From an uncultured Pelagibacteraceae bacterium (GTDB lineage Bacteria; Pseudomonadota; Alphaproteobacteria; Pelagibacterales; Pelagibacteraceae): DNA of 64,000 bases. Every line of letters begins with the position of its first letter. The first letter of the stretch is position 1. The position numbers and the translations under genes are program-made. Under the pieces are notes generated by a model that searched no databases, was not told the DNA's origin, and saw nothing but the letters and a program-made list of their open reading frames with translations. Shown piece after piece: positions 12,121-26,263 of this stretch. The DNA lies in the NCBI GenBank assembly GCA_902597265.1, contig CACJXB010000001.1, positions 1,069-65,068 on the forward strand, given 5' to 3'.

Positions 12121-12959
12121 TATTTTGTATCCTTTCTCTTGTTTCTTCTTCTAACAATAAACTTATCTGTTCTTTTGTTATCTCTTGTTTTTAAACCTTT
12201 TGCCGATTGACCTGTTGGAGAAACTGGGTGTCTACCACCAGCTGTTTTACCTTCACCACCTCCATGTGGGTGATCAACAGGGTTTTTTACAACTCCTCGA
12301 GTATGAGGTCTTCTGCCAAGCCATCTAGATCTACCTGCTTTACCAATTTTGATATTTTTTTGGTCTGGATTACTTAAAACTCCAATTGTAGCTAGAGATC
12401 TTGAATCAATTTTTCTTACCTCTCCAGAAGCTAATTTAATCAAAGTATAATTTCCATCTAAACCACTAATTGTGACTGAAGTTCCTGCAGATCTTGCAAT
12501 TTTTCCACCACCTCCTGGCTGAATTTCAACATTGTGAATGTTAATACCAACTGGAATATCTTGTAATGGCATACAATTTCCAACTTTAATCTCTTTTTTA
12601 GATCCATTTTCAATTTTGTCTCCAACTTTAATTTTTTGAGGTGCTAGATAATAAGCATGTGAATTATCATCAAATTTTACTAACATAATGTAACAAGATC
12701 TGTTTGGATCATATTCAATTCTTTCGACAATCGCTGGCATATCAAATTTTTTTCTATAAAAATCGACATGTCTATACATTTTTTTATGACCCCCTGCTCT
12801 GTTAACAGAAGTTATTCGTCCATAATTATTTCTTCCTTTCATTGAGTTTTTTGGTGAAACTAAAGATTTAAAAGGTTTTCCTTTCCAAAGGCCATTTCGA
12901 TCCACAAGAATTGTGCCTCTTGTTGATTTTGTGTAGGGTTTAAAAGTTTTTAGAGCCAT
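12120..12959 (-). CDS. rplB: 50S ribosomal protein L2
   Basis: [19 protein letters not shown]. Confidence 0.98.
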   Translation of the reverse strand: MALKTFKPYTKSTRGTILVDRNGLWKGKPFKSLVSPKNSMKGRNNYGRITSVNRAGGHKKMYRHVDFYRKKFDMPAIVERIEYDPNRSCYIMLVKFDDNSHAYYLAPQKIKVGDKIENGSKKEIKVGNCMPLQDIPVGINIHNVEIQPGGGGKIARSAGTSVTISGLDGNYTLIKLASGEVRKIDSRSLATIGVLSNPDQKNIKIGKAGRSRWLGRRPHTRGVVKNPVDHPHGGGEGKTAGGRHPVSPTGQSAKGLKTRDNKRTDKFIVRRRNKRKDTK

Positions 12960-12960
12960 T

Positions 12961-13254
12961 TTATATTCCTGTTGTTAAATCAATACTTTGACCTTTTTTT
13001 AATGTAACTATCGCTTTTTTAAATCCTGAAACTTTAGTTTTTCTTCCTCTTGTTAATTTTGTTCTACTTTGTTTGTTAATAATATTTATTTTAGTAACAT
13101 TTACCTTGAAAATTTTTTCTATGTTTGATTTTAAATTTTTCTTATTGGCTGCTGAAGGTACCTTAAATACAATTTTATTTTGTTCAGACAAATTAGTCGA
13201 TTTCTCTGTTACTTGAGGTGATAAAATTTTATCATATAAATGAATTTTATTCAT
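12961..13254 (-). CDS. rplW: 50S ribosomal protein L23 (start taken at ATG 13254)
   Basis: TEKS, KKAIVTL. Confidence 0.95.
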   Translation of the reverse strand: MNKIHLYDKILSPQVTEKSTNLSEQNKIVFKVPSAANKKNLKSNIEKIFKVNVTKINIINKQSRTKLTRGRKTKVSGFKKAIVTLKKGQSIDLTTGI

Positions 13255-13255
13255 A

Positions 13256-13879
13256 TTAAGCATACCTCTTTTCTAATTCTTTAACTGAGCTTTCTGTAAA
13301 GACAACTTTTTTAAATTTGACAATATCAAAGGCACTAAAATGATTTATATCTGTCACTTTGATATTTGGAATATTTCTTATAGATTTTTCAATTTTTTCT
13401 TTTGAAACTTTATCTAAAATTATTAATGAATTTGTAATATCAAATTTTTTAATAATGATATTCATCTCTTTTGTTTTTTTAATTTCTGATACAAAATCAT
13501 TAAAAATTAAAAGATTTTTATTTTTAATTTTTTCACTAAATAAAGAAGCAATGCTTTGTTTTTTTTCACTTTTGTTTAATTTTCTCTTTTTATATGATGA
13601 CTCACCTTTTGGACCATGAGCTATACCACCACCAACAAAAATTGGAGCTTTTCTACTCGCATGTCTTGCATTACCTGTACCTTTTTGAGCATAAATTTTA
13701 GATGTAGGACCAGAAACTTCATTTTGCTGTTTTGTCTTAGCATGTCGACCTTTGTAATTAGCATTAGTTTTATAAAGAACACTATTTACAAGTTTTGAAT
13801 TTATCCTGACTGAAAAAATTTTATCTAAAAGCTCGATAGAGTCTTTTTTTCCATTTAAATTTAACTTTTCTACTTTCAT
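13256..13879 (-). CDS. rplD: 50S ribosomal protein L4
   Basis: QKGTGNARH, GGGIAHGP. Confidence 0.96.
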   Translation of the reverse strand: MKVEKLNLNGKKDSIELLDKIFSVRINSKLVNSVLYKTNANYKGRHAKTKQQNEVSGPTSKIYAQKGTGNARHASRKAPIFVGGGIAHGPKGESSYKKRKLNKSEKKQSIASLFSEKIKNKNLLIFNDFVSEIKKTKEMNIIIKKFDITNSLIILDKVSKEKIEKSIRNIPNIKVTDINHFSAFDIVKFKKVVFTESSVKELEKRYA

Positions 13880-14589
13880 TATTTTTTCTTTTTCTCTGGT
13901 GTTTTTTTAGCAATTTCAGCAGCTTTAGCTTTTTCAGCAATTGTTAATTTTTTAATGTTTTTTACAGATCCTTTAACTAAAACTTCTGAATTTTTTGATC
14001 CTGGTATCGATCCTTTTAGATATAAAAGTTCATTTTCTAAATCTGTTTTAATAATTTCTATATTTTGCATAGTTCTAAGTTTGTCTCCCATATGACCAGC
14101 CATTTTTTTTCCTTTAAAGACTTTACCTGGATCTTGTCTTTGGCCAGTTGAACCATGAGATCTGTGAGATATAGAAACACCGTGAGTTGCTCTTAATCCA
14201 CCAAAATTATGTCTTTTCATTGCCCCAGCAAATCCTTTACCAATCGTTTTTGATTTAGTGTCCACAAATTTAATATCCTTAAATATTTCTAATCCGAACT
14301 CATTTCCCTCTTTAAAATTTTCTGTACTGATAACTCTAAACTCTTTTAATCTTTTCTTTGCTTCAGTATTCTTTTTTGCAAAATAACCCTTCATAGCCTT
14401 TGTCAATTTTGAATTTTTAATTTTACCGTAACCCAGTTGAACTGCCTTGTAGCCTCTCTTTTCTTGATCAATTACTTGGATTACTCTTGCTTTTTCCATT
14501 TTCAAGACAGTTACAGGTACCAATTGGCCAGACTTATAAAACTCTCTTGTCATACCAAGTTTCTTTCCTAGTAAAGCTATTTCATTCAT
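13879..14589 (-). CDS. rplC: 50S ribosomal protein L3
   Basis: [27 protein letters not shown]. Confidence 0.97.
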   Translation of the reverse strand: MNEIALLGKKLGMTREFYKSGQLVPVTVLKMEKARVIQVIDQEKRGYKAVQLGYGKIKNSKLTKAMKGYFAKKNTEAKKRLKEFRVISTENFKEGNEFGLEIFKDIKFVDTKSKTIGKGFAGAMKRHNFGGLRATHGVSISHRSHGSTGQRQDPGKVFKGKKMAGHMGDKLRTMQNIEIIKTDLENELLYLKGSIPGSKNSEVLVKGSVKNIKKLTIAEKAKAAEIAKKTPEKKKK

Positions 14590-14591
14590 AA

Positions 14592-14900
14592 TTATATCTT
14601 GATCTCCACGTCTACTCCTGAAGCTAGGTCTAACTTCATTAATGCTTCAACAGTTTGTGGTGTTGGTTCAATAATATCAATCAATCTTTTATGTGTTCTT
14701 GACTCAAATTGTTCTCTACTTTTCTTATCAATATGAGGTGATCTGAGAACTGTATATCTCTCAATCCTTGTTGGTAGCGGTATAGGACCTTTTATAGTAG
14801 CACCAGTTCTTTTTACAGTGTTTACTATTTCTTCTGTAGAAGCATCTAGAATTTTATTATCATATGCCCTAAGTTTAATTCTGATATTTTGCTTTTCCAT
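14592..14900 (-). CDS. rpsJ: 30S ribosomal protein S10
   Basis: [22 protein letters not shown]. Confidence 0.97.
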   Translation of the reverse strand: MEKQNIRIKLRAYDNKILDASTEEIVNTVKRTGATIKGPIPLPTRIERYTVLRSPHIDKKSREQFESRTHKRLIDIIEPTPQTVEALMKLDLASGVDVEIKI

Positions 14901-14901
14901 A

Positions 14902-16980
14902 TTACCCAGCTACTTTCTTAGTTACTTCGTCCTGAACATTTTGAGGTACTTTTGAATAATGATCAAAAAACATAGAGTATTGAGCTCTACCTTGAGACAT
15001 CGATCTTAAATTATTTATGTATCCAAACATGTTAGCTAAAGGAACCATAGCAGTTATTACAGTAGCATTACCTCTTTGTTCTTGAGTACTAATTTGACCT
15101 CTTCTACTATTTAAATCACCAATAACATCTCCCATATAATCTTCAGGTGTCACGACCTCAACTCGCATAATAGGCTCTAATAATTTTAATCCACCATTAG
15201 TACAAGCTTGTTTGAAACAAGCTCTGCTTGCTAATTCAAAAGCTAATACGCTCGAGTCAACATCATGATGTAATCCATCTACTATCGTTACTTTATAATC
15301 AATCATTGGAAATCCAGCCAAAATTCCACTGTCAGAAACTGTTTCTATACCTTTTTCAACACCTGGTATAAACTCCTTTGGAATTGCGCCACCTTTAATT
15401 GCACTTTCAACAAGTCTCCCTTCACCAGGTTCTTGTGGTTCTACAAAAAGTTTTACTTTAGCAAACTGTCCAGCACCACCACTTTGTTTTTTATGTATGT
15501 ATTCAAATTCAGCCGATTTCTCAATAGTTTCTCTATAAGCAACTTGTGGAGCTCCAACATTTGCCTCAACTTTGAATTCTCTTTTCATTCTATCAACGAT
15601 AATATCTAAGTGTAGTTCACCCATACCCTTGATTATTGTTTGTCCCGACTCTTCATCTGAAGAAACTCTAAATGATGGATCCTCTTTTGCTAATCTTGCC
15701 AAAGCCTCTCCCATCTTTTCTTGGTCACCTTTTGTTTTTGGCTCTACAGCGATTTCAATAACTGGATCAGGAAATTCCATTGGTTCTAATAAAACTAAAT
15801 TTTCTTTATTACACAAAGTATGTCCCGTCATTGTATTTTTAAGACCCGCTAACGAAACTATGTCACCCGCATTTGCCTCTTTAATATCTTCTCGAGAATT
15901 TGCATGCATAAGCAACATTCTTCCTACTCTTTCTTCCTTATCAGTAGAAGAATTATATATTGCAGTACCAGATTTAATAGTTCCAGAATAAATCCTTATA
16001 AATGTTAAAGATCCAACAAATGGATCATTGGCAACTTTAAATGCTAAAGCAGAAAATGGTGCATTATCGTCAAATTTCATTTCTACCTCTTCATCAGATC
16101 CAACTTTTGTGCCTTTAATTGAACCAATATCTAAAGGGCTTGGTAAATAGTTTACAACAGCGTCTAATAATGGTTGAACACCTTTGTTTTTGAATGCTGA
16201 TCCAGTTAAAACTGGAACAAAATCAAAATTTAATGTTCCTTTTCTTATACATTTTTTAAGGTCATCTTCTTTAATTTCATCACCATTTAAATAACTTTCC
16301 ATTAATTTTTCATCTTGCTCAACTGCAATTTCAACTAATTCTGTTCTGTATTTGTTAACTAATTCTTTTAAATCATCAGGTATATCTTTATATTCCCACT
16401 CTGCACCTAAAGCTTCATTTTTCCAAATTTGAGCTTTCATTTTTACTAGGTCTACAACACCTGTTAATGATGCTTCAATTCCAACTGGGATTTGTAAAAC
16501 TAATGGCTTAGCTCCTAATCTATCTTTAATCATATCAACACATCTAAAGAAGTCTGCTCCAGTTCTATCTAATTTATTAACAAAACAAATTCTTGGAACT
16601 TTATATTTATCAGCTTGTCTCCATACTGTTTCAGATTGTGGTTCTACGCCGGCTACACCATCAAATACAGCTACAGCTCCATCTAAAACTTTTAAAGATC
16701 TTTCAACTTCAATAGTAAAATCAACGTGACCTGGAGTATCTATGATATTAATTCTATGATCTTGCCAAAAACATGTGGTAGCTGCAGAGGTAATTGTAAT
16801 TCCTCTCTCCTGCTCTTGTTCCATCCAGTCCATTGTTGCAGCACCGTCATGTACTTCACCAATCTTATGACTTTTTCCTGTATAATATAAAATTCTTTCA
16901 GTAGTAGTAGTTTTGCCAGCATCGATATGTGCCATGATCCCAATATTTCTATATTTATCTAATGTATGTGATCTAGCCAT
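14902..16980 (-). CDS. fusA: Elongation factor G
   Basis: [23 protein letters not shown]. Confidence 0.98.
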   Translation of the reverse strand: MARSHTLDKYRNIGIMAHIDAGKTTTTERILYYTGKSHKIGEVHDGAATMDWMEQEQERGITITSAATTCFWQDHRINIIDTPGHVDFTIEVERSLKVLDGAVAVFDGVAGVEPQSETVWRQADKYKVPRICFVNKLDRTGADFFRCVDMIKDRLGAKPLVLQIPVGIEASLTGVVDLVKMKAQIWKNEALGAEWEYKDIPDDLKELVNKYRTELVEIAVEQDEKLMESYLNGDEIKEDDLKKCIRKGTLNFDFVPVLTGSAFKNKGVQPLLDAVVNYLPSPLDIGSIKGTKVGSDEEVEMKFDDNAPFSALAFKVANDPFVGSLTFIRIYSGTIKSGTAIYNSSTDKEERVGRMLLMHANSREDIKEANAGDIVSLAGLKNTMTGHTLCNKENLVLLEPMEFPDPVIEIAVEPKTKGDQEKMGEALARLAKEDPSFRVSSDEESGQTIIKGMGELHLDIIVDRMKREFKVEANVGAPQVAYRETIEKSAEFEYIHKKQSGGAGQFAKVKLFVEPQEPGEGRLVESAIKGGAIPKEFIPGVEKGIETVSDSGILAGFPMIDYKVTIVDGLHHDVDSSVLAFELASRACFKQACTNGGLKLLEPIMRVEVVTPEDYMGDVIGDLNSRRGQISTQEQRGNATVITAMVPLANMFGYINNLRSMSQGRAQYSMFFDHYSKVPQNVQDEVTKKVAG

Positions 16981-16986
16981 AAAATA

Positions 16987-17457
16987 TTACCATCTAAAGT
17001 GTGCAAAGGCTTTATTCGACTCTGCCATTTTGTGTACATCTTCTCTTTTCTTTACAGCAGCACCCTTTTTTTCATAAGCATCAAAAAGTTCACTGAAAAT
17101 TTTATCTGACATATACTTATCTTTTCTTTTTCTTGCTGAGTCGACTAACCATCTTATTGCAAGAGCTTGAGCTCTTTTACTTTTTACCTCAACTGGAACT
17201 TGATAAGTTGCACCACCAACTCTTCTAGATCTTACCTCGACAGTAGGTTTGATATTATTTATCGCTTCATTAAAAATATTAATTGGATCTTCTTTTGATT
17301 TAGTTTTAATTTTTTCAATTGCATCATAAACAATCTTAGCTGCTACACCTCTCTTACCATCATACATAATATTATTTATTAATTTTGGAATTATAGTGGA
17401 ATTATACTTTGGATCTGGAACAATATTTTTTTTAGGCTGAGTTTTTTTTCTGGACAT
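16987..17457 (-). CDS. rpsG: 30S ribosomal protein S7
   Basis: SRRVGGATYQVP, NKAFAHFRW. Confidence 0.98.
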   Translation of the reverse strand: MSRKKTQPKKNIVPDPKYNSTIIPKLINNIMYDGKRGVAAKIVYDAIEKIKTKSKEDPINIFNEAINNIKPTVEVRSRRVGGATYQVPVEVKSKRAQALAIRWLVDSARKRKDKYMSDKIFSELFDAYEKKGAAVKKREDVHKMAESNKAFAHFRW

Positions 17458-17459
17458 TG

Positions 17460-17831
17460 TTACTTACCTTTTTTCGTTCCGTATAAAGATCTTCTTTTTT
17501 TTCTATTCGCAACGCCTTGTGTGTCTAAGTTTCCTCTTAGAATATGGTACCTGACCCCTGGCAAATCTTTTACTCTTCCACCTCTTATTAAAACAACTGA
17601 GTGTTCTTGTAAATTATGTCCTTCACCAGGTATATAAGCTGTGACTTCAAAACCATTTGATAATCTTACTCTAGCAACTTTTCTTAAAGCTGAATTAGGT
17701 TTTTTAGGAGTTGTTGTATAAACTTTCACGCATACACCTCTTTTCAAAGGTTGTTTTTCAAGAGCTGGAACTTTATTCCTAGTAATTTGTTTCACTCTTT
17801 TTTTCTTCAGCAACTGATTAATCGTTGGCAT
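17460..17831 (-). CDS. rpsL: 30S ribosomal protein S12
   Basis: [24 protein letters not shown]. Confidence 0.98.
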   Translation of the reverse strand: MPTINQLLKKKRVKQITRNKVPALEKQPLKRGVCVKVYTTTPKKPNSALRKVARVRLSNGFEVTAYIPGEGHNLQEHSVVLIRGGRVKDLPGVRYHILRGNLDTQGVANRKKRRSLYGTKKGK

Positions 17832-17849
17832 AATTCTTGTTTTAAAATT

Positions 17850-17940
17850 AGTTAATATTTTTGAATGAAATAACTGACAGGTTATTATGGCAGCGTTTAG
17901 TACGTTAAGTGGTACTACGTTCCAACCAAAAATATCGCCA
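17850..17940 (-). promoter_or_regulatory. Putative structured rpsL leader RNA (boundaries approximate)
   Basis: About 100-nt UTR, GC-richer than its surroundings, with hairpin TAGTAC-cacttaac-GTACTA; an rpsL leader motif has been described in SAR11/Rickettsiales. Confidence 0.5.
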
Positions 17941-17967
17941 AATTACTTATTAATTTGATTTTGTCAA
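17940..17967 (-). promoter_or_regulatory. Putative sigma70 promoter of the str operon
   Basis: TTGACA-16nt-TAATTT on minus strand. Confidence 0.5.
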
Positions 17968-17996
17968 ACTAAAACTATTGATTTTAGTGCTTATTT

Positions 17997-20900
17997 TTAT
18001 TGATTTGTCTGGCTTTCAGAAGGCTCTAACTTTTCTTGTTCTGACAAAAATTTATTATCATCCTCAAGAGCTTTTTTGTTCCACTTGTTCTTAATATTTC
18101 CAGTCCCAGCAGGAACTAATCTACCTACTATTACATTTTCTTTAAGGCCGTTTAAAGGATCAACTTTACCTTTTATCGCAGCATCTGTTAGTACTCTAGT
18201 AGTCTCTTGGAATGATGCGGCAGATATAAATGACTCTGTCTGTAATGAAGCTTTAGTAATACCCATTAAAACTCTTTCACCCATAGCAGGTTTTTTACCT
18301 TCTGATTTTAATTTTTCATTCATATTTTCAAATTTAATTCGGTCAATAATTTCACCAGGTAAATATGATGAGTCACCAGATGATTTAATTTCAATTTTTT
18401 TAAGCATTTGTCTTAAAATCGTCTCAATATGTTTATCATTTATTATTACTCCCTGTAATCTATAAACTTCTTGGACTTGATTAACAAAATATTCTGTTAA
18501 ATCTTTTATTCCCATTATTCTTAAGATATCATGTGGAAGAGGTTGACCATCTAGAAGATATTCACCTTTTTTAATTTTTTCACCCTGATTAAAATTAATA
18601 TGTTTACCCTTAGGAATTAAATAATTTGAGGGTTCAGATCCATCTTCAGGAACAATTGAAACTCTTTGTTTGCCTCGTACCTCTTTACCAAAAACAACTT
18701 GTCCATCATTCTCTGCTATTATTGCGCTATCTTTTGCTTTTCTAGCCTCAAATAATTCTGCTACTCTTGGAAGACCTCCAGTAATATCTTTTGTTTTAGT
18801 TGTCTCTTTAGGTAGTCGTGCAATTACATCTCCTGCTGAAACTTTTTGACCATCTTTTACTGATAAAATTGAGTCAGGAACTAAGTAATATCTTGCTTCA
18901 TTATCATCAGCCTTTTTAATTACATTTCCCTTTTCATCTCTTAATGTAATACGAGGTTTTAGCTCAGAACTCTTGGACTGTGATCTCCAATCAATAACTG
19001 ATTTTGAGGAAATACCAGTCGCATCATCAGTAGTTTCTTGTATAGTTACTCCATCGATTAAGTCTACATAGCTTGCTATACCACTTTTCTCTGCAATTAC
19101 TGGTGTTGTGTATGGATCCCATTCACAAATTTTTGTGTTTGCTTTTACTTTATCACCATTTTTAAAAAATAATTTTGAACCATAAGCAACTTTATAAACT
19201 GCAACTTGAACTCCATTATCATCTTCAATAGATAATTGAGTATTTCTACCCATAACTATTAGATTTTTCTTTGAGTCCTCTAAAATATTTGAATTAATAA
19301 TTTTTAAAACACCTTCATTTTTAGTTACAATTTGAGAATCTTGTTTTACTGATGCAGTACCACCAACGTGGAAAGTACGCATGGTCAATTGAGTTCCTGG
19401 TTCACCAATTGATTGTGCTGAGATCATTCCAATCGCCTCACCGACATGAACCATTTTACCTCTAGATAAATCTCTTCCATAGGAAGTTGCACATACCCCC
19501 TCTTTAGAACCACAAGTCATGACGGAATAAACTTTAATTGATTTAATACCAGCTGAATCTATTTTATCACAGCCAGCTTCATCAATCATTGTTAGTTTTT
19601 TTAATATTATTTCACCTGTAATCGGATGTTTCACATCATCAAAAGTCATTCTTCCCAGAGCTCTTTCTGATAAACTAACTACTACATTACCACCTTCTAA
19701 TATTTCTGAAAGTTCGATAAAACCAGGATTTTTACAATCACATTCTTTTTTAGTTATTGTTAAATCTTGGGCTACATCACAAAGTCTTCTTGTTAAATAA
19801 CCTGAACTTGCAGTTTTTAAGGCTGTATCAGCTAAACCTTTACGAGCTCCGTGAGTAGAATTAAAATATTCAAGAGCTGTCAAACCTTCTTTAAAATTAG
19901 AAGTAATTGGACTTTCAATAATTTCTCCGGATGGCTTTGCAATCAAGCCTCTCATTCCTGCTAATTGTTTCATTTGAGCAGCTGAGCCTCTAGCACCGCT
20001 ATCGGCCATCATAAATACTGAATTAATTTTGAGTCCTTCAGGAGTTTTTTCTGTAGCTGAAATACCTTTCATCATTTCACCTGCAACCTTATCTGTACAC
20101 TTTGACCAAGCATCAACCACTTTATTATATTTTTCACCTCTAGTAATTAAACCTTCTGCATATTGTGTTTCATAATCAGCAATTAATTTTTTAGTATCAT
20201 CAATTAATTGTGTTTTATTCTCTGGTATTATCAAATCATCTTTACCAAATGAAATTCCAGCTTTAAACGCGTGTTTGAATCCTAAGTCTTTAAGTTTATC
20301 ACAGAAAATTACAGTTGTTTTTTGACCACAAAATCTAAAAACTACATCAATAATTTCTGATACGGTTTTTTTAGGTAAAAGCCTATCAATTAAAGAAAAT
20401 TTGATATTAAAATTTTTTGGAAGTAAATTTGCCAATAAAAATCTTCCAGCAGTAGATGTATATTTTTCAAATTTTTTATTACCTTTTTCATCTACTGTTT
20501 CAAATCTTGAAATAATTGTACTATGAACTTTAATTTGATCAGAAGACAATGCAAATTCAATTTGATCAGCATCTAAAAAATAACCCATGGGTTTATCACT
20601 GACTGGTTCTTGTGATAAATAATAGATACCCAAGATCATATCTTGACTAGGCACAATTATAGGTTTCCCGTTAGATGGAGATAAAATATTGTTCGTTGAG
20701 AGCATCAAAATTCTTGCTTCTAATTGGGCTTCAAGACTTAAAGGTACATGGACTGCCATTTGATCTCCATCAAAATCTGCATTAAAAGCTGCGCAAGTTA
20801 ATGGATGTAATTCAATTGCATCTCCTTCAATGAGTTTTGGTTCAAAAGCTTGAACTCCAAGTCTATGAAGTGTTGGAGCTCGATTTAATAAAACTGGATG

Positions 20901-22166
20901 TTCTCTTACAATAAGTTCTAATGCGTCCCATACAGCATTAGTCTCTTTTTCAACCAATTTTTTTGCTTGTTTGATAGTTGAAGCTAACCCTAATTTATTT
21001 AATCTAGCATATAAAAATGGTTTAAATAATTCTAATGCCATTTTTTTTGGTAAACCACATTCATGTAATTTTAGATCTGGACCTACAACAATTACTGATC
21101 TACCAGAGTAATCAACTCGTTTACCTAATAAATTTTGTCTAAATCTTCCTTGTTTACCTTTTAACATTTCAGCAAGTGACTTTAATGGTCTTTTGCCTGT
21201 GCCAGTTATTACTCTGCCTCTTCTTCCATTGTCAAAAAGTGCATCAACAGACTCTTGGAGCATACGTTTTTCGTTTCTAACAATTATATCAGGAGCTTTT
21301 AAATCCATTAATCTTTTCAAACGATTATTTCTATTTATTACTCTCCTATAAAGATCGTTTAGATCAGAAGTTGCAAACCTCCCACCATCTAATGGAACTA
21401 AAGGTCTTAATTCTGGAGGAATAACTGGTACTACAGTCATAATCATCCATTCAGGTTTTTGACCAGTTTCAATGAACGACTCTATCAGCTTTAATCTTTT
21501 TATTGCTCTTTCTTCATTAACTTTTGATTTTGTTTCTTTGATATAGTTAACAAGGTTTTTTCTTTCAGATTCTAAATCTAAACTTTTTAACATTTCAAGA
21601 ACTGCCTCTGCACCTATACCAGCAGTAAAAGCCTCTTCTCCAAATTCATCTTGGTATTTTGCTAGTTCCTCTTCATTTAAAATTTGATTTTTTTGTAATC
21701 CTGTTAGTCCAGGCTCAATTACTATGAAATTTTCAAAGTACAAAACTCTTTCAATTTCTTTTAATTTCATATCGACCGCTAGAGCAATTCTGCTTGGTAA
21801 AGATTTTAAAAACCAGATATGAGCAACAGGAGTAGCAAGATTTATGTGACCCATTCTCTCTCGTCTAACATTTGACTTTGTTACCTCGACACCACATTTT
21901 TCACATATTATCCCTCTAAATTTCATTCTTTTATATTTACCGCACAAACACTCATAGTCTTTAATTGGACCAAATATTCTTGCACAAAAAAGTCCATCTT
22001 TTTCAGGTCTAAAAGTTCTGTAATTTATTGTTTCCGGTTTCTTTATCTCACCATAAGTCCAAGATTTTATTTTTTCTGGGCTTGCCAAAGAAATTTTAAT
22101 ACTATTAAAATTTTGTGACTCTTTTATTTCTGCATTTTTAAATAACTCTGATAATTCTTTTTTCAT
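17997..22166 (-). CDS. rpoC: RNA polymerase beta' subunit
   Basis: [18 protein letters not shown], Zn-finger CLCGKYK. Confidence 0.99.
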   Translation of the reverse strand: MKKELSELFKNAEIKESQNFNSIKISLASPEKIKSWTYGEIKKPETINYRTFRPEKDGLFCARIFGPIKDYECLCGKYKRMKFRGIICEKCGVEVTKSNVRRERMGHINLATPVAHIWFLKSLPSRIALAVDMKLKEIERVLYFENFIVIEPGLTGLQKNQILNEEELAKYQDEFGEEAFTAGIGAEAVLEMLKSLDLESERKNLVNYIKETKSKVNEERAIKRLKLIESFIETGQKPEWMIMTVVPVIPPELRPLVPLDGGRFATSDLNDLYRRVINRNNRLKRLMDLKAPDIIVRNEKRMLQESVDALFDNGRRGRVITGTGKRPLKSLAEMLKGKQGRFRQNLLGKRVDYSGRSVIVVGPDLKLHECGLPKKMALELFKPFLYARLNKLGLASTIKQAKKLVEKETNAVWDALELIVREHPVLLNRAPTLHRLGVQAFEPKLIEGDAIELHPLTCAAFNADFDGDQMAVHVPLSLEAQLEARILMLSTNNILSPSNGKPIIVPSQDMILGIYYLSQEPVSDKPMGYFLDADQIEFALSSDQIKVHSTIISRFETVDEKGNKKFEKYTSTAGRFLLANLLPKNFNIKFSLIDRLLPKKTVSEIIDVVFRFCGQKTTVIFCDKLKDLGFKHAFKAGISFGKDDLIIPENKTQLIDDTKKLIADYETQYAEGLITRGEKYNKVVDAWSKCTDKVAGEMMKGISATEKTPEGLKINSVFMMADSGARGSAAQMKQLAGMRGLIAKPSGEIIESPITSNFKEGLTALEYFNSTHGARKGLADTALKTASSGYLTRRLCDVAQDLTITKKECDCKNPGFIELSEILEGGNVVVSLSERALGRMTFDDVKHPITGEIILKKLTMIDEAGCDKIDSAGIKSIKVYSVMTCGSKEGVCATSYGRDLSRGKMVHVGEAIGMISAQSIGEPGTQLTMRTFHVGGTASVKQDSQIVTKNEGVLKIINSNILEDSKKNLIVMGRNTQLSIEDDNGVQVAVYKVAYGSKLFFKNGDKVKANTKICEWDPYTTPVIAEKSGIASYVDLIDGVTIQETTDDATGISSKSVIDWRSQSKSSELKPRITLRDEKGNVIKKADDNEARYYLVPDSILSVKDGQKVSAGDVIARLPKETTKTKDITGGLPRVAELFEARKAKDSAIIAENDGQVVFGKEVRGKQRVSIVPEDGSEPSNYLIPKGKHINFNQGEKIKKGEYLLDGQPLPHDILRIMGIKDLTEYFVNQVQEVYRLQGVIINDKHIETILRQMLKKIEIKSSGDSSYLPGEIIDRIKFENMNEKLKSEGKKPAMGERVLMGITKASLQTESFISAASFQETTRVLTDAAIKGKVDPLNGLKENVIVGRLVPAGTGNIKNKWNKKALEDDNKFLSEQEKLEPSESQTNQ

Positions 22167-22168
22167 TA

Positions 22169-25100
22169 TTAATTCAGCTCCACATTTAATGCTAATGATT
22201 TAATTTCTTTTACGAGAACATTAAATGATTCTGGTATACCAGACTCAAAATTTTCCTCACCTTTAACAATTGTCTCATAAACTTTAACACGACCAGCAAC
22301 ATCGTCAGATTTTACAGTCAAAATTTCTTGTAATGTATATGACGCTCCATAAGCCTCTAAAGCCCAAACTTCCATTTCACCAAAACGTTGTCCTCCAAGT
22401 TGAGCTTTACCTCCTAATGGTTGTTGAGTAACCAAACTATAAGGACCTGTTGATCTAGCATGAATTTTATCTTCAACTAAATGATGAAGTTTTAGCATGT
22501 AAATAATGCCAACAGTGACTGGTCTATCAAATTTTTCCCCTGTTCTTCCATCCCATAAAAAAGTTTGTCCTGAACCGGGTAATTTTGCTAATTCTAACAT
22601 TTCTGTTACATTTTTTTCTTTCGCACCGTCAAAAACTGGTGTTGAAATTGCAATTCCATTTTGTAAGTTCTCACATAAATCTCTGAATTCATTTTTATTT
22701 AATTTATCTACTTTTTCACTAAAAATTTCTTCTCCATAAACAGACTTTAAGAAACTTGAAATTTTTTCAGTTTTTTCAATTCTCCTATTATTTTCATTAA
22801 CTAATCTTTTTACTTCTTCACCGAATTCTTTACAAGCCCAGCCCAGATGTGTTTCTAAAATTTGACCAACATTCATCCTGCTTGGAACACCCAATGGATT
22901 TAAAACAATATCCACTGGTCTTCCATCCTCTTTATATGGCATATCTTCAACTGGAACAATTTTACTAACAACACCTTTATTTCCATGCCTTCCTGACATT
23001 TTATCACCAGGTCTCAATCTTCTTTTAATAGCAACAAATACTTTCACCATCTTCATAACGCTTGGTAATAAATCATCACCACTTCTAATCTTTAAAACCT
23101 TGTCTTCAAATCTTTCGGTAATATCCTGTTTTGCTTTTGTGTACTGATCTTTTAGTTGATTTAAAGTATTTTCATCTTTTGGGTTATTAGTTGTAATTTT
23201 AAAAACATCATTAACACTAAGTTTATTAATATTTTCAAAACTTAATTTTGCTCCTGTCTCTAAATCTTTAATTTTTTTATTTAATGAAGATCCAGATAGT
23301 ATATCTGAAGCTCTTTGTTTAATACTTCTTTCTAAAATCTCTTCTTCTACAATCTTATCTTGTTGAACCTGTTCGATTTCGGCTCTCTCAATTGTAATAG
23401 ATCTCTCATCTTTTTCTATGCCGTGTCTATTAAAAACTCTGACGTCAACTACAGTTCCACTACTTCCTCTTGACATTCTTAAAGACGTATCAGTTACATC
23501 AATTGCCTTTTCACCAAAAATAGATCTTAACAGTTTCTCCTCTGGACCTGATGCAGAATCTCCTTTTGGTGTAACTTTACCTACTAAAATATCTCCTGCA
23601 TTTACCTCAGCACCAATGTAAACAATTCCAGATTCGTCCAGATTTTTTAATGCTTCTTCATTAACATTAGGAATATCTCTAGTTATTTCTTCCTCTCCAA
23701 GCTTTGTATCTCGAGCCATTATTTCATATTCTACAATATGTACAGATGTGAATACATCGTCTGTAACACATCTTTCTGAAATTAATATAGAGTCCTCAAA
23801 GTTATAACCTTGCCAAGGCATAAAGGCGACTGTCACATTTTTTCCTAATGCTAATTCACCAATCTTTGTTGAAGGACCATCAGCTATAATATCTCCAGTT
23901 TTAACTTTATCACCTACGGTAACCAAAGGTCTTTGATTAATACATGTATTTTGATTTGATCTTTTAAATTTTTGTAAATTGTAAATATCTACACCAGATT
24001 TTGTGTAGTCTATTTCCTCAGTCACTTTAATTACAATTCTTTTACCATCTATTTTGTCAACAATACCATCTCTTTTAGCAACAATAGTTACTCCAGAGTC
24101 TAGAGCCACATCGCTTTCAATACCAGTTCCAACTAGAGGTGCTTCAGGTTTCAATAATGGAACAGCTTGTCTCATCATGTTAGAGCCCATCAAAGCTCTA
24201 TTAGCATCATCATTTTCTAAAAAAGGAATTAAAGACGCAGCAACAGAAACAAGTTGTTTAGGAGAAACGTCTATGTAATCAATCGTCTCTGGTTTAGCTA
24301 AAAGAAAGTTCAAATTCTGTCTGCAAGAAACTAATTCCTCTACTATTTTTCCACTTTTATCAATTTTAGTATTAGCTTGAGCAATTGTAAATTTTGTTTC
24401 CTCCATTGCAGATAAGTACTCAACTTTGTCTTGGACTACTCCATCTTTTACTCTCTTATAAGGACTCTCAATAAATCCATACTTATTTATTTTAGCGTAA
24501 GTTGATAAACTATTTATTAATCCAATATTAGGTCCCTCTGGTGTTTCGATTGGGCAAATTCTTCCATAATGCGTTGGGTGAACGTCTCTAACTTCAAATC
24601 CAGCTCTCTCTCTTGTTAGACCTCCAGGTCCTAAAGCTGAAACTCTTCTTTTATGTGTTATCTCTGATAGAGGATTTGTTTGATCCATAAATTGAGATAA
24701 CTGGGAACTTGCAAAAAAATCTTTTAAAGAAACTGTTAAAGGTTTAGCATTGATTAAGTCTTGTGGCATTGCTGACTCAACATCTAATGTTGTCATTTTT
24801 TCTTTAATTGCTCTTTCCATTCTGTAAACGCCAATTCTTGCTTGGTTTTCAACTAACTCACCCACTGATCTGACTCTTCTATTTCCTAGATGGTCGATAT
24901 CATCAACTTCATCTTTCCCATCTCTTAAGTCTAACATTTTGTGTATTATAGCAATTAAATCATCATTTCTTAAAATTGTAATTTTGTCAGAACATTCTAA
25001 ATTAAGTCTTGAGTTCATTTTTACTCTTCCAACATCTGATAAATCGTATCTGTCAGAACTAAAAAATAGGTTATTAAATATTTGTGTTGCAATTTCAATT

Positions 25101-26257
25101 GTTGGTGGTTCACCTGGTCTAAGCATTTTATATATTTCAGTTATTGCTTCATCCTTTGTATTATTTTTATCATTTAGAATTGTTAATAATAAGTATGGAC
25201 CTTTATTTATAGAATTGGTTGTTGCGATTTTTATAGAATGAATATTTGCATCAAGAATTTGCTGTATAATAGTATCATTTAATTCTGTACCTATCTTTAA
25301 AATTCCTGTTTCACTATCATTCAATTTAATATCACTGTGCAAAAATTTTCCAAATAAAGACTCTCTAGAAACTAATATATCTTTTAATCCATCATTGGAT
25401 AATTTCTTAGCATTTAAATAATTAATCTTTTCACCAAGTTTAATTATTACTTTACCCGTTTTTGCATCAATTACTTCTTCAGAAAAATTTTTAGCCCTGT
25501 AGTTTTCTGGGTTAAATTTTGTTTTCCATTTTTCTGATTTTGTATCAAAACTAAATTGCTCATTTTCATAAAATTCTTTTGCAATATCAGATTTGGAAAA
25601 ACCTAATGCAAGTAATAAAGTGGAAGCTAAAATTTTCTTTTTTCTATCAATCTTAAAATAAAGTAAATCTTTGATATCGTACTCAAAATCTAACCATGAA
25701 CCACGATTTGGTATTACTCTACAATTAAATAATAATTTTCCACTTGCGTGAGTTTTACCTTTGTCATGGTCAAAAAATACTCCCGGACTTCTATGCATTT
25801 GATTTACCACAACTCTCTGAACACCATTGGTTATAAAGGTACCGCTATTTGTCATCATTGGTACTTCACCCATGTAGACTTCCTGTTCTTTTGCTGAAAG
25901 TATATCTTTAGTATTATTTTCTTGATCTATCTCGTAAACAACAAGTCTTAAAGTGCACTTTAATGCTGATGAATAAGTTAACCCTCTTGCTATACATTCT
26001 TCAACATCAAATTTTGGTTTTTCAAGTCTGTACGAGACATATTCTAAAGTTGCTTTATCATTTAAATCCTCAATTGGAAAAATACTTTTAAAAACTCTAT
26101 CAAAACCTTTCGTTAAATCTCCAGCATCTTGTTGAAATTCAGTTAATTCTTTGTAAGAATTTTTTTGTACTTCAATTAAATTTGGAATTGATAAGCTTTC
26201 TTTCAGCTTACCAAAACTTTTTCTAATATTCTTTTTTTCAGTAAAAGATATTTGCAT
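22169..26257 (-). CDS. rpoB: RNA polymerase beta subunit
   Basis: [38 protein letters not shown]. Confidence 0.99.
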   Translation of the reverse strand: MQISFTEKKNIRKSFGKLKESLSIPNLIEVQKNSYKELTEFQQDAGDLTKGFDRVFKSIFPIEDLNDKATLEYVSYRLEKPKFDVEECIARGLTYSSALKCTLRLVVYEIDQENNTKDILSAKEQEVYMGEVPMMTNSGTFITNGVQRVVVNQMHRSPGVFFDHDKGKTHASGKLLFNCRVIPNRGSWLDFEYDIKDLLYFKIDRKKKILASTLLLALGFSKSDIAKEFYENEQFSFDTKSEKWKTKFNPENYRAKNFSEEVIDAKTGKVIIKLGEKINYLNAKKLSNDGLKDILVSRESLFGKFLHSDIKLNDSETGILKIGTELNDTIIQQILDANIHSIKIATTNSINKGPYLLLTILNDKNNTKDEAITEIYKMLRPGEPPTIEIATQIFNNLFFSSDRYDLSDVGRVKMNSRLNLECSDKITILRNDDLIAIIHKMLDLRDGKDEVDDIDHLGNRRVRSVGELVENQARIGVYRMERAIKEKMTTLDVESAMPQDLINAKPLTVSLKDFFASSQLSQFMDQTNPLSEITHKRRVSALGPGGLTRERAGFEVRDVHPTHYGRICPIETPEGPNIGLINSLSTYAKINKYGFIESPYKRVKDGVVQDKVEYLSAMEETKFTIAQANTKIDKSGKIVEELVSCRQNLNFLLAKPETIDYIDVSPKQLVSVAASLIPFLENDDANRALMGSNMMRQAVPLLKPEAPLVGTGIESDVALDSGVTIVAKRDGIVDKIDGKRIVIKVTEEIDYTKSGVDIYNLQKFKRSNQNTCINQRPLVTVGDKVKTGDIIADGPSTKIGELALGKNVTVAFMPWQGYNFEDSILISERCVTDDVFTSVHIVEYEIMARDTKLGEEEITRDIPNVNEEALKNLDESGIVYIGAEVNAGDILVGKVTPKGDSASGPEEKLLRSIFGEKAIDVTDTSLRMSRGSSGTVVDVRVFNRHGIEKDERSITIERAEIEQVQQDKIVEEEILERSIKQRASDILSGSSLNKKIKDLETGAKLSFENINKLSVNDVFKITTNNPKDENTLNQLKDQYTKAKQDITERFEDKVLKIRSGDDLLPSVMKMVKVFVAIKRRLRPGDKMSGRHGNKGVVSKIVPVEDMPYKEDGRPVDIVLNPLGVPSRMNVGQILETHLGWACKEFGEEVKRLVNENNRRIEKTEKISSFLKSVYGEEIFSEKVDKLNKNEFRDLCENLQNGIAISTPVFDGAKEKNVTEMLELAKLPGSGQTFLWDGRTGEKFDRPVTVGIIYMLKLHHLVEDKIHARSTGPYSLVTQQPLGGKAQLGGQRFGEMEVWALEAYGASYTLQEILTVKSDDVAGRVKVYETIVKGEENFESGIPESFNVLVKEIKSLALNVELN

Positions 26258-26263
26258 CTTCTA

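Noticed and set aside
17968-17988. Possible terminator after rpoC
   Set aside because: Only a 7-bp AT-rich stem abutting the rpsL -35 box; too weak to call
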